DNA of 64,000 bases, taken from NCBI RefSeq assembly GCF_009914755.1, contig NC_060929.1. One strand, given 5' to 3'. A model generated the notes under the pieces. That model saw nothing but the letters and a program-made list of their open reading frames with translations. It was not told the origin of the DNA and did not search any database. The translations under genes were made by a program, and so were the position numbers. The stretch comes from the human T2T-CHM13v2.0 reference genome, Homo sapiens. Below are positions 42,830-54,659 of this stretch, piece by piece. Every line of letters begins with the position of its first letter. Positions within the stretch are counted from its first letter, which is position 1.

Positions 42830-45028
42830 ATATAAAACATTCAATAACCTAAGAAAAAAGGAACTTCCTCAACATGTAGAGTACGTATGAAAAAGCCAGA
42901 GCTAATGTCATACTCAATGGTGAAAAGACTAAAAGTTTTTCTCCTAAGAACAAAAACAAGACAAGGATGTCCTCTTCTGCTACTTTTATACAACACAGTA
43001 CTACACATTTTTGCCAGAGCAAGTGAGTAAGAAAAAGAAAGGGTATCCAAATCGGAAAGGAAGAAGCAAAACTATCTTTATTCACAGATGATATGATTTA
43101 TATGTAGAAAACCCTAAAGAATGCACCAAAAAACTGGTTAGAACTAAATCTGCATAAGTCGCAGGATACAAAATCAACACAGGAAAATCAGTTGTATTTC
43201 TATCCATTAGCGATGAACAATTTCAAAAGGAAATGAAGGAAACTATTCCATTTACAGTAGTATCCAAAAGAATAAAATGCCCACAAATAACTTTAAGAAA
43301 GTGAAAGGCTTGTACACTGAAAACTAAAACACTGCTCAAAGAAATTAAAGAAGACATAAGTGGAAAGACAGCCTGTGTTCATGGATTGGAAGACTTAAAA
43401 TTGCTAAGATGACAACACTCCCTAAAGCAATATGAGGGTTCAATGCACTCTGTAACAAAATCTCAATGGTGTTTTGGGCAGAAATGGAAAAACTGATCCT
43501 AAAATTCCTATGAAATTTCAAGTAACCCACAATGGTGTGTGTGTGTATATATACATATGGCATGTATATATATGCCATATATATATACGTGCCATATATA
43601 TATATATGGAAGAACAAAATTGGAAGACTCACACTTCCCCATTTCAAAACTTACTGCAAAGCTACAGTAGTCAAAACAGTGTGGTACTGGCATAAAGACA
43701 GACATATAGACCAACAGAAGAGAGTTGAGAGCCCAGAAATAATCCCTCACATGTGTGGTCAACTGATTTTTGACAAGGGTGCTAAGATCATTCAATGCAG
43801 AAAGAACATCTCCTCAACAAATGGTGCTGGGAAAACTGGCTATCCACATGCAAAAGAATGAAGTTGGGCACTTACCTCATACCGTATACAAAAATTAACT
43901 TGAAATGGATCAAAGTCCTAAATTTAATAAATAAAACTGTAAAATTCATAGAAGAAAACACAGGAGCAAATCTTCATGACTTTGCATTTGGCAACATGAA
44001 AAGCCTAAGCAACAAAAGAAAAAATGGATAAGCTGGACTTAATAAAAATTAAAGTCTGTCTGCATCAAAAGATACAGTCAAAAGAGTAAAAGGACAACCC
44101 ACAGAATGGGAGAAAATACTTGCAAACCATCTATCTGATAAGGGCTTAATATCCAGACTCTATGAAGAAAAGACAAACAACCCAGTTTTAAAAATAGGCA
44201 AAGGACTTGAATAGACATTTCTTTAAAGAAGATACAAAATAGACAATAAGCATATGAAAAGATGCTCAACATCATTAGTCATTAGAGAAATACAAATCAA
44301 AACCACAATGAGACACCACTTAACAGCTACCAAGATGGCTATAATTTTTTAAAAAATAACAAGTGTTGCCAGGGATATGGAAAAACTAGAACTCTTGTAG
44401 ATTGCTGGTGGGAATGTAAAATGGTGCCTTCACTATGGAAAACAGTTTGGTAGTTTCCCAAAAAGTTAAGCATAGAATTACTGTATGACTCAGAAATTCC
44501 ACTCCTATGTATACATCCAAGAGAACTGAAACAACAGATAAACAAATAGATTATTATATGTAAATGTTCATAGCAGTATCATTCACAATAGCCCATTGGC
44601 TATTAATGAAAACAATCTAAGTGCCCATCATCAGAGGAATGGATAAACAAAATGTGGTATATATCCATACAATGGAATATTATTCAGTCATAAAAAAGGA
44701 ATGAAGTTCTGATACACACTACAACACAGATGAACCTTGAAAATGTGCTAAGTGAAATAAGCCAGATACAAAAGGTCAAATGTTGTATGGTTCCATGAAT
44801 ATGAACTGCTTAGAACTGGCAAATTCACAGAAAGGTTACCAGGGGTAGGGGATAGGGGAATGGAGTTATTGCTTAATGAGAAGAGTTTATGTTTGGAGTG
44901 ATGGAAAAATGTTGGAAATGGATAGTGGTGATGGTTGCCTAACATTGTGAATGTAATTAATGTCACTGAATTTACACTTAAAATCATTACAATGGCAAAT
45001 TTTATATTTTATCACACACACAAAAATA
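42830..45028 (+). mobile_element. L1MB-type element, 5'-truncated: decayed ORF2 and 3'UTR
   Basis: Fragments LTLPHFKTYCKATVVKTVWYWHKDRHIDQ and [18 protein letters not shown]; 3'UTR ttggaaatggatagtggtgatggttgc. Confidence 0.95.
43535..43609. repeat. (GT)n/(AT)n compound low-complexity repeat inside L1
   Basis: Directly visible. Confidence 0.9.
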
Positions 45029-45147
45029 GGCAAAGGTAAAGTTTCTACAGTCTCATGAAGAAAAGATTAAATAAAAAGCTTAGTCACACCTGACTTGTGT
45101 GACAGTAAAATTATCCCTGGACTTGAGGTCAGAAGATCAGAGTTAAC

Positions 45148-45229
45148 TCTCGATCTCTTGACCTTGTGATCTGCCTGCCTTGGTCTCCCAAAGTGCTGGG
45201 ATTACAGGCATGAGCCACCATGCCCGGCC
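45148..45229 (-). mobile_element. AluSc-like 5' fragment (82 nt), no tail, with TSDs
   Basis: tctcgatctcttgaccttgtgatc...tgcccggcc; flanks cagagttaactctc (45138-45151) and cagagttaagtctc (45230-45243). Confidence 0.93.
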
Positions 45230-45339
45230 CAGAGTTAAGTCTCTTATTGGGCTCCTGGTTTGCACTCTTGGGCCCACAAGAGTTATTCTCTATACAGCCA
45301 CCAGAAAAAAAAAGAAAGAAAGAAAGAAACTAAGTACTC

Positions 45340-45830
45340 ATCTAAAAATTATCTAAAAAAGAACAATGAAAGAAACCAGAAGAAACTAGGAAAAAATTAA
45401 GAAGAATGAAGTAAAAATTAATTAACTAGGGAATAAAAATTGTAGTAAGTAGAATAAGTAAAAAAGCTTATACTTTGAAAATACCTATAGATAAAACATT
45501 TGCAAGACTGATCACAAAAAAAGCAAACATTGACAAGATTACTATCCAGAAATAAGACATAAACTCTGATATAATACATACTGATAGAATTCTAGGACAA
45601 TAAATAGAGCATGCAGGTGTGTGACAGCAGATTTGAAAACACAGAGGTACTAAATGGTTTCCATTTAGTATATGGTGACCAAAATTGACCAAAGTAGAAG
45701 TGGAAAACTGAAAAGACCAATTTCAGAGATGAAATTAGAAGAGTTATTTGACGTTTAATGGCAAAAACCACCAGGGAAGTTTGGATAAACTATTACAAAT
45801 ATCCTCTCAAAACCATTATAAGAGATCAAG
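45340..45830 (+). mobile_element. Ancient L1M ORF2 fragment
   Basis: A-rich; tttgaaaatacctatagataaaacatttgcaagactgatc...accaaaattgaccaaagtagaagtggaaaactgaa. Confidence 0.55.
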
Positions 45831-46347
45831 AGAAAGTAAGGGAAATTCCCAGGGAACCAAATAGAGGTGAAAACAGGAGGAGTAAGCTACAGCTGGGACC
45901 GAAGCTCTGAAGTCCAGCTTGCCAACCTCAGTAACAAAGGAGTTTAGAATACAGTGACTGTGGCAGGACAAGACATAGTCCCATGGGACTACATAAAGTA
46001 GGGAGAGGAACTGAGACCCTGACATGAAGCTGGGGCACCAGAAATGAAAAGGTAAATCAGAAAAAAAAAAAAAAAAAAAAATCTTCCAAGAAAGCTCAGG
46101 TGTTTCAGCAAGGGCTCTAGGTGGGCTCTGTGTGTTTCTTCCCTATCACATTCTCAAGTCATTCCCTCAAGATAACTATTATCCTGGATTTTGTGTTTGT
46201 GTTTACACAGAGTTCTGCTTGATTTTAAGTAAAAAATTGTATACTAAGGTAGTCTTCTGTGACTTGAGTTTTTCACTTAGTATTGTGTTTATGAAAAAAT
46301 TTAAACCCTATGTTTACTGATAACCACAAGGAATAACAGACACAATA

Positions 46348-46353
46348 TTTAAT
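46348..46353 (-). terminator. Candidate polyadenylation signal ATTAAA for POU5F2
   Basis: Minus strand reads tttttttATTAAAtattgtgtctgttattccttgtgg: U-rich upstream, GU-rich downstream, about 290 nt after the stop. Confidence 0.5.
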
Positions 46354-46640
46354 AAAAAAAGGAACAAAATATCGAAACCATCTATATACTGTAATGTACC
46401 TTTAAACCAATGCTAGGGAAAAACAAAGGGAAAACACAAAACTGCAATAAACTTCATCTTCTCTCCCAGGTTTTTCTTGAACAATTCCCACCCCCATTCC
46501 CTACTATGTATCCTTAACTTCTTTAGACAGTGAATGAGAAATTAATACTAAAAGCCCTCAAATGAACCCTAGGGACATTTCCTGGGTTTTCCCTTCTTCT
46601 CCCCTCTCCAACCGTGCCGTGAAGGGCAAGCCCCTCAGCC

Positions 46641-47627
46641 CTAAAATCTGAGGAGGCCCAGAGTGGTGGCTGGGGCAGAGGAGTGGGCTACCCCTGCAGA
46701 GTAGAGACGTGTATAGTGGGGGATATCCACTGGGAGCCCCAGTCCCAGGTGAAAGCACACTGGTGCTCCTGGGCAAGGAGGCCCGGCTGTCCCCACAATC
46801 TCCCGTGGGGAAGCATCATTGGTTGGTCGACTGCCCATCTTGCTGCGGTTATAGAACCAAACTCGAACCACATCCTTCTGCAGCTGGAGGCACCCAGCAA
46901 TGTGGCTGATTTGCTGGGGTGTGGGCTTAGGGCACCGCTGGAAGAATTTCTCCAGGCTGTTTCCGATTCGTCGCTCTCTGCTTGCCCGTCTCCACTTCCC
47001 AGACTGTTGCAGGATCATCTCCATTTTGCATAAGCCCAGAAGGTTCTCTGCTTCCACTTCCTTCAGCCACTTTTTCAGCAGTGGTCGCAGCTTCCACATG
47101 TTGGCGACGCTTAGCTGCTGGGCCTCGAAGCGGCAGATGGTCGTCTGGCTAAGCACCTTCCCAAACAGAGCTCCCACAGCGATCCCCACATCGGCCTGCG
47201 AGTACCCTAGGCTCAACCTCTTCTGCCTCAACTCCTTGGCCAATTGCTGCAACTCTTTCAGTATGCCCGAGATGTCCTCTGGCGGCGGCAACTTCGGAAT
47301 GCTCCGCAGGGCAATGTAGGGCCCCGGGAGGGCGCCTTCGGAGGGGCGTCGCAACCAGTCCCCTGCCTCACTAGCTCCAAGACGGGGCCTGCAGGGTGCT
47401 ATCCAGCCCCGGAATTCGTGTGGCAGGGGACCCAGGGGAATCCTCCACACGTCAGGGCCTGGGCAGATCCCTGGCCTGACTGCCGGCCAGACCATCACCC
47501 TGCCAGGGGCCGCCTGGGTGCTCAACCAGGTCAGAGTGTCAACCCGCAGGGGCATCGGCCCTCTGGGGCCGCCCCCACCACTGCCTGGAAGGGGGCAGAA
47601 GTGGTTTGAGGGCCTGTGTCCGGCCAT
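46641..47627 (-). CDS. POU5F2: POU class 5 homeobox 2 (Sperm-1), single-exon, 328 aa
   Basis: Uninterrupted ORF from ATG 47627 (MAGHRPSNHF...) to TAG. POU-specific domain (KELRQKRLSLGYSQADVG...SQTTICRFEAQQLS) and homeodomain (CPKPTPQQISHIA...DVVRVWFYNR). Matches the human POU5F2 protein as I recall it. The ORF track start at 47705 is a TTG 26 codons upstream. Confidence 0.97.
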   Translation of the reverse strand: MAGHRPSNHFCPLPGSGGGGPRGPMPLRVDTLTWLSTQAAPGRVMVWPAVRPGICPGPDVWRIPLGPLPHEFRGWIAPCRPRLGASEAGDWLRRPSEGALPGPYIALRSIPKLPPPEDISGILKELQQLAKELRQKRLSLGYSQADVGIAVGALFGKVLSQTTICRFEAQQLSVANMWKLRPLLKKWLKEVEAENLLGLCKMEMILQQSGKWRRASRERRIGNSLEKFFQRCPKPTPQQISHIAGCLQLQKDVVRVWFYNRSKMGSRPTNDASPREIVGTAGPPCPGAPVCFHLGLGLPVDIPHYTRLYSAGVAHSSAPATTLGLLRF

Positions 47628-47890
47628 GGGTGGAATGGCACCCGCAGCGGCTCTGGTAGGAACTGATGGCCCTCGAGGCTTCAGAACAGCCACCGGCCCC
47701 CTCAAGCCCCGCCCCCCAGTGGGCGGAGAAGGCGTTACAAGCCAAGGGTGCCTGTGCGTAGGCGGGGAAATCTGGTAGATCCATAGGAACTCCTGGGTCC
47801 TAGGGTTAAGGGAGTGAGCCCCCTACCCTGACCTTTGCTTCCAACTCCCATAGAGGTACAAAGCTCCCTTGTGGGATTTGCATCTCCAAG
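47628..47890 (-). promoter_or_regulatory. POU5F2 5'UTR/proximal promoter (GC-rich, no obvious TATA)
   Basis: GC boxes at 47707-47715 and 47721-47726; AAAGGTCA (minus) 47829-47836; octamer ATGCAAAT (minus) 47876-47883; CpG-rich relative to the window. Confidence 0.6.
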
Positions 47891-48669
47891 CTGTCTGGAG
47901 TCCCTTACTCACTGCCTCCATCCCCTGCCTGAATAGAACCCAGGTATTTTCTTATGCCTGTTCAGAAACTCTGGACCCCTGATCCCCAGGAGCTACCTAA
48001 CCTCTTGTCTTCACAAATAATTATTAAATATCTATATGCCAGATATTGCTGGGACGACCCCTCAATTCATAAACTGCCCCCTCACTACTATCTTTATGGT
48101 CACAAGTACTGCCAACAGTTCCTCTTTGCACATCCCCAGTCCCTGTGCCCTAAGAAACCTAGGCAACCCTGCTTGAGTTTCTAGTTAACATCAGTTTACT
48201 ACCTCAGATTCTACCCCCGACCCCACCCCCAAACTGCCAGATTCCACTCCCTCCCTGGGGCAGAACTTTGTAACTAATTCCATGTTTCTTCCCCTAGCCT
48301 TGAAGGTCCTTTTGTTTCCCATTCTAACCCAGCTTCTTGGTCCAGAGTTTCCTCAACCAACAGAGATCTAGGTGTGTGTCTTCTCTTTCCCACTCTAGAG
48401 ACAGGTCTCTGAACTGGCCTGACCCACTGTCCCCCACTGAGGATGCTCCCTGCAATATATGACTCACCAACATCAGGCTCCTTTATCCTTAGGCCCTTAT
48501 CCCACCAGAAACCCAACAATCTTAATTTGTCCCTCCATCATGCCCCTAGCTCAGGCATCCAGTTGTGGGCCCTGTGTGCAGAAAGCTAAGGAGGGAGGGA
48601 GAAAGAGAGGCTCTGACCTCAGTTTCAATGTTTCCTAGGAGGAAGAGCACAATGACCTTGGCTAGACAA

Positions 48670-49170
48670 TCATAGCCCTTCATTCTTTAAACCAACCATG
48701 ATGTGGCTCTGTCCCCACCCACATCTATTGAAACTGGTCTTCTTGAAGTCATCAGTGATTTTTCAGCTGTCAAATCCAATGGCCTTTTAAAAAATCCTCA
48801 TCCTGCTGTATCTGGCTATAGTGACAACTCTTCTTGCTCCTTCTCCTTTTAAAATTTACATGAAATGGTGATAACAGCCAAATCTGTATTTCAGTTCTGA
48901 CTTCTCTTCTGATTTCCAGTTTTGTATTTTTCACTGCCCCAAGTCAAATTCATTATCCACACTTCTAAACCTACCTCTCATCCCGGGACTTTTGAACTAG
49001 TTATCAATAACTCAGTCATCCAAGCTTAAACCTAGGAGCTGTTCTTGACTTTTTCTGTTCTCCACAGGGTGTCAAATCTTATGTACTGGGACTCCTAAAA
49101 CATCTGAAGTCTACCATCTCCTTCCTAGCCTCATCTTCCTGGGCCCTTAAATACCTCTTCCTAGATGAAG
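48670..49170 (+). mobile_element. L2 internal fragment
   Basis: tctattgaaactggtcttcttgaagtcatcagtga...tcaaatccaatggcctttt...tcctcatcctgct. Confidence 0.6.
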
Positions 49171-49294
49171 GCAGCACCTTGAGACTAAATTCAACCCAAC
49201 ACTACAGGTTGGGTTGCAGATATGGCCTTGAAGCAATGGTAAAGGAAAAAGAATCAGAAAATTGGCTGCCATCGCTACAGGCTGTGTACTTAGT

Positions 49295-49458
49295 TATGTG
49301 TCATCTGTATCTCTACTGCAACCCTTGCTAGAATGTGTGCCGGCTATGAGCAGGGTCACTGTCTGTCTTGTTCACTGCTAGATCCTCAGCACGTGGAACT
49401 ATACCTGGAACATGGAAGGAAGTCAAGCAATATTTATTTAATGTTAAATAAGTGAATC
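49295..49458 (+). mobile_element. L2 3' end
   Basis: gctagaatgtg...gagcagggtcactgtctgtcttgttcactgctagatcctcagcac...aatatttatttaatg. Confidence 0.75.
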
Positions 49459-49677
49459 TCTGTAGCATTAATGGTAAAAAGACTTCCATATTTGCCTTCA
49501 ATTAGATTTTAAGATGACAGTCTATAAAAAACAGCTTGCAATATACAGAAGTTCATTTAAGAATAACTTTGCTGGTATCTATTCTCTTGAGGTATACTTA
49601 CATGCTATTTTTTTCAAAATCACGAAGCAATCAGTATCTGCCAAACGGAATGAAAGCTGGATCACAAAGAGGGATAA

Positions 49678-50030
<353 letters not shown>

Positions 50031-50219
50031 AACAGCCCATTTTCATAAGAGAAGAACAGGAAAAAGGTTCATTAGTGGTTTAAAAACAATAGTTGAATGA
50101 AAATATTTTTAATGAATTAGAAAACATGAGTTCAAATAGATGTGAGCAAAGCTTTATTATATTTAAACTGAGTTAAAACACAGTGGCTAAAAACATTTAC
50201 TAAATTAAAAAGTAACCTT

Positions 50220-50558
<339 letters not shown>

Positions 50559-53500
50559 TTAAAATTTACTTGGATGCTCTCACTTAAGGCTTTCTTTGTA
50601 CTTGGTCAGATCTCATCTACCAATGTGCATATCTCCCAGTTTATGTGCATGTACTGCCAAAAAGAAAAGCCCATATTCTTAAGGGAAGTCTTGCCATTTC
50701 CTCAAAAGTATATTCAACGTCCTATGGAAATGGGGTTAGCAGGGAAACGAAGCAGGAGCATATTTAGTTGGAACAGGAATAGAGATCAGAGGAAGGCAGT
50801 TGATGGGAATGCCCAAGACAACTGGTGCTGTTTGTGCTGGGGCATTTGAAAGGCTAATCCACCACCTTCAACAAAAATCACTCTTAGTAAGTGATTAGAT
50901 TACAATGTAAGAATCAGGCCAGTCTTATCCATGGGGAATTACAGAGTAAGGATGGAAACACATGGTTCCAGTCCCCAATGTATTTATAATCTAAATGAGG
51001 GAGAAGAGAAACTGTCAGTAGAGCAGGACAACTATACTCATCCAAAGGGAAGTTAAGAAGTTTTCTATTATTATGATCTTTGGAATCAAGAGTGGTTTTC
51101 TGAAAGAGTTGTTTTAAGCAGAAATGCTAAAAAATAAAAAGTATCAGGATTTTTATTATTAGGTTCTCCTTAAGAATTCCCTATTCTAAGGAGACATAAC
51201 CAACTGCCATGATCCACAAATGATAAGAAGCAGGAAACAGTGAACACAGAGTTAAGAATCAACATCCTTGTAGGGTTTGGTTCAAATTTCATCGTTTTGA
51301 GAAGTCTTGCCCTATATTCTGGACCACAGTGACGTCCCTCCCCTCTAAACTTACTGTGATTTCCACTCACATACATTTGCTGCCTTAAACAGCTGGAGTT
51401 TTATGTTTTAGTTCTCCAGCTAAGAGATATGGAACCACCTAAATTCGTATTATAGACATACCATTTATTTTATACCTATGTGCCAAGTAACATGCTAATG
51501 CACAAGCTAGTCACAGTGCTCTGAGTATAGTAAGTCCATGAAAACATCTGGATGTGCGAGTGATCTGCCTTTTATGTCATTCTGTTGGTCAGTTATTTCA
51601 CTGGATAGGAAGGTGATCCTTGCTTCATCATTCCTCCAAATGCATCCCTCCCAAAAGCTTCTCATACTCGAGACAGAGGACATGGCTTTGCTCAAGAGTC
51701 TATAAGAAGCTCTAGTTCTCTGTAGCAGAGTCTCCAAAAAAAAATTTTTTTTCTTTTTGACTGCAATAAAGCAACAGAGCTGACCAGAAGATCTAAGAAT
51801 GATATCCAAGTCAGAGAGAGAGGGCAGGGCAGACTAGATGGTGCTGATCTTTATCGTCTCCCCACTCTGCAGATGTCCTAGTAAGTTAGCACTGACCAGG
51901 CATTCTGGTGTAAAGGCATTGCCACTAAGATGGACAGATGTAGGACCTCAAGAATCATATTAGTTAAGGAGCAAGACAAAAGGCTAAGGCAGAAGACAAG
52001 ATGCAGAGACTAGATACTGGGAACACCCTCTCTGGATCCAGGGAGTAAAGTCAGTAATCCAGGAAAACTCTGGCAGCTGAGTACTTTAAGGAATGATGCC
52101 TCCCACCTCACAGTGAAAGAGTTAACATCACACATTACAACAATTTAGTTCACTGGAAACTACCTGAAAATACACTGAAATGATTGTCAATCCTTTGTGT
52201 GGATCTTTACTAAACTGTATAAAGCAAAGTGAGGCATCAAAGATAAGTTAGGCAATTAAGAAAAACTAATAAAGTACATACAATAAGAACATTTATGTTG
52301 TAATAACATAGAAAAAGAGCTAATCAAATCAAGGTAGTTACTAAATAGGATAATTTATTGCTTTTCAAGATAATTTTCATAATAGATAATAGCACTATTT
52401 TTTATAGGAGATAACAGAGGACAAGAACATGGGTGAAAGAAGAGCCATTTGTAAATAACAGTAATACAAGATGCTTTTACTCTTGTATGTGGAGAAATGC
52501 TATAATGTAGTAGTGTTGCTAAAATAATTTCTTTGATTTCTTTAATTTCAGATTAAGATTATGAGGACTTTTTAAAAACATTACTTCTTTTTGCTGCTGT
52601 TCTTTTTAGTATATTAAAAATGGCTGCTTTGTAATGCTGTAATGATGTAATTGCTGCTTTGAAACAAATGCTCATGACACAAATATGACACAACCACCAC
52701 ACAGTCAGAGAACAAAAAGAGACAGAGTACACAGAGAAAAGGCCCTCCATTTTATTTTGCAAATCTGAGATATTCATGAGCTATGAACTTCCTATGCTAT
52801 AAAATAAAATGATATTAAGTATAAAAACCCTGCAGCCTGCACCAGAAGCCTTAAGGAATTTTAAATATCTGTAAAGGCAGGAAGAGCAGTTGAGCTGAGT
52901 GGGGCTGAGTTGAAAGGCACTATGATGATGAGTCAGGTATATTCATAGATAGTCAGAGATAGACAAAGTTTAAAGGCTCTTGTTATGCCAAGCATGATTT
53001 AAACAAACTTTTTAGCTGAGTTTGCCCTTGTTACAGAAGAAAAGCTTTAAGGATGTTCTTGCATTGATTACTCTAGTCAGGGTGCAGTCACTATGTTCTA
53101 CATTCAAATTATCACTCTGCTTCCATTTTAGAGCAGGAGATGCACAACTGGTTTAACGAAAAATTTTTCATTGCACTGCACAATAAAATATACTAACAAA
53201 AATGACAGCTTATGACCAAGGAAACTAGTAATCATAATGTGATATGGACTCAGAGAAGTACATGAGAAGTAGAAAAGAATTTCTGTTTACAGCAGATAAC
53301 TCTTTTAAGTGTTGTGAGAATTATTATTATTTTTTTAAAGAGATTCCAAATTAATTGACTTTGATGCTATTACCATCACAAGTTTGAGGCCTCTGAGAAT
53401 TTCCTTGGAATCTCTTTAGGAAACTATGAACTGAAACAAGCCAAACAGAGTCACACTGATGTTTTTTTTCTGAAAAATGAACTCTTATTTTAACTAGCAT

Positions 53501-54659
53501 TAAATGCAGCAATGACCATGGAAAATTCAAGAGGTAGTACCAGACAAAAAATTCTAAGCAAAATTTACCTAAATATATAGATTAAAAACTTCTTTCAGCA
53601 TTTTAAACCTGACAAATAATCAGACAGCATTCAGTCAGCTTATCAAACTGAATCCTCTTCCAGTCACCTCACTATAATCCCAAAGGTCTTAAAGAGAACA
53701 AACTAGGTTGTCAGCCTCTCTTTTGAGCAAAATACTCATGCCCAAATCAAAATTTATCTGCTTCTAGTCCATTCCTCAAGCTCCCAGCAGCCTGCTCATC
53801 ATTCTATGTGTGTGCAGAAAACATCAGGCAGATGAAGGTTTCATCTTCTGAAAGCCTCAGAACTCTTGGCAGTAATTATATCAAACCAACTGTGAGTGGA
53901 AAACTGAAAGCAAGATTTCTATTATGATGATTTACTTAATGTAAATTTCATTATTTTTTGAATATTCACCTATACAATCACATGGCTCAAGAGGTACAAA
54001 AGTGTATACAGTGAAAATGCACAGTATTTATTCTTAATTCTTATTTTGTTGCCAATCATGGCATTGTTGGCAAGTGCTAATCTAGTTAATGTCCAGTTAG
54101 AATTTTACATTTTGCTTACATAGAATTTTCTGTAATAATTTAAATTCAAGCAAGACATTGGTCTTTTCTGATTGACAGACATGTAGATGAAACATAAGGA
54201 AGAAGCCAAGGAATTTAAATAAGTTTCTCTTAAGGATATGTTCTACGGCAGGTGTCATTTTGAAAGGAAGACAATATATTAAAGAACTGATAGGCTTTCA
54301 GGGGTTGAAGGAGAGTATAGAAGAATATAATATTAGCAGGAAGAAGAATAAAAGGAAAAGGTTAGCATGAAACTTAAGTAGAAGACTTAGGAGAATGAAG
54401 AAATAGGGTAGAATATTGAAGAATAGTAAAATAAGGAGTTTAAATACTGTACTGCTGTATAATATCTCAGGAGGCTCTGAGGGTAACCCTATGATAAGAT
54501 ATGACTAGAATTAGAACTTAGATACTTTGAAAATAAAAAGACAGAGGCAGGAAAGAAATGACAAAGTTTTTAAATTCTCAAATATTGAAAAGCAATGAAC
54601 AGTTTCCCTAAAACTATAATACTTGACTTGCTGGACAAAATAATTATTAATAACAACTA

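Noticed and set aside
46061-46081. A21 tract as the retrogene's poly(A) tail
   Set aside because: Wrong orientation: a minus-strand retrocopy tail would be poly-T on +; no TSD found
46641-47627. Calling this a POU5F1 processed pseudogene (POU5F1B/P-type)
   Set aside because: Far too diverged from OCT4 yet the ORF is intact; sequence matches POU5F2 as recalled
47628-47705. 354-aa product starting at TTG 47705
   Set aside because: Non-ATG start; OCT4 homology begins at the MAGH ATG (47627)
46683-47778. Plus-strand ORFs of 86-139 aa overlapping POU5F2
   Set aside because: Expected shadow ORFs of a GC-rich coding region; no recognisable domain
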